From the NCBI GenBank assembly GCA_964188305.1, contig OZ076885.1: a DNA stretch of 64,000 bases, one strand, 5' to 3'. Positions 63,323-64,000 of the stretch are shown here, piece by piece. This stretch comes from Podarcis bocagei. Lineage: Eukaryota. The notes beneath the pieces are model-generated. The model saw only the letters and a list, made by a program, of their open reading frames with translations. It ran no database searches and had not been told where the DNA came from. The position numbers were made by a program, and so were the translations under genes. How positions within the stretch are numbered: the first letter of the stretch is position 1; each line of letters opens with the position of its first letter.

Positions 63323-64000
63323 AGGGAATTCGCAAATTTCATGATCTAACAGGACCAAAGTGATTCTTTTTCATGGGTGTTTCCAGATTGGGTCAGGGCT
63401 TCTCATGCATAGCAGTCCCCCCCCCCCCAGGGTCTGCACTATATTGTTGGTTTCAAAATGCCTGCCCTCCCAATTTATCTGAATTTATGCCTTCAGGGGG
63501 AAAATCCAGTAATACAGACATGCTACCAATGACCTGTTTCTGATTATATCAACAACCTAGTTGCAAATTAAGCTCCTCTCTGGAAGCACCCCAGAACTAC
63601 TGGATCACATGGTTTTCTTTGAGCATCGAATTTGGGCAGCCCAGTTTCGCGCCACTTCATTAGCTAGAGCTTGCAGTGAAGTGCATCACAGCCAACAAAA
63701 GGGGTCTTTATTTCTATTGCCAACATTTATATTCTTCCCCTTCAATGTCAGTTGGCATTTCCAGGGTGGCAAAGGGAGATGAGGAGCAACAAGAGCAGGA
63801 AGTGATCAGTTTGACTTTTCCTACAGAGGCACTTAAATTACAGAGGCTGCAGTTCTATACCTACTGACATGGGATTAAGCCTCATTAAGGAAAGGGGAGT
63901 TTACTTCTGAGTAGACATGTACAGGATTGTGCAGTTACAGGATCAGTCCTTTGTTTATTTACTCAGAAGTATGTCCTCTTGGATATAATGTACCTGACTT

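Noticed and set aside
63140-63358. 72-aa ORF as a host gene
   Set aside because: L1 ORF2 C-terminus inside a TSD-bounded truncated insertion.

Overview
AT-rich vertebrate non-coding DNA from a squamate reptile. The SINE and MITE families fit a lacertid lizard best (inference). There are three assembly gaps, and I could not recognise any host protein-coding exon. The dominant feature is a young L2-clade LINE on the minus strand (25595-29061) with an uninterrupted 994-aa APE+RT ORF, a 7-bp TSD and an (AAT)n tail. Other retroelements: 2 Sauria SINEs, 4 tRNA-head/CR1-tail SINEs, an L2-tail SINE, BovB, L1 and older L2 fragments, a Penelope-like fragment carrying a minimal hammerhead ribozyme, and solo LTRs. 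There are also many hAT and Tc1/mariner MITEs, several of them nested. Repeat-free, CpG-retaining, homeodomain-motif-rich blocks look like conserved enhancers. A strong minus-strand bias of the retroelements and one well-formed + strand exon candidate suggest an intron of a large + strand gene. I found no convincing novel multi-gene system. The best leads are the hammerhead, a SINE family with exchanged tRNA heads (Lys-CTT vs Ile-GAT, possibly a fossil of inosine-34), a tandem splice-acceptor-like array, a three-hairpin element and an unexplained 47-bp direct repeat. All family names come from recalled consensus features, not from database searches.
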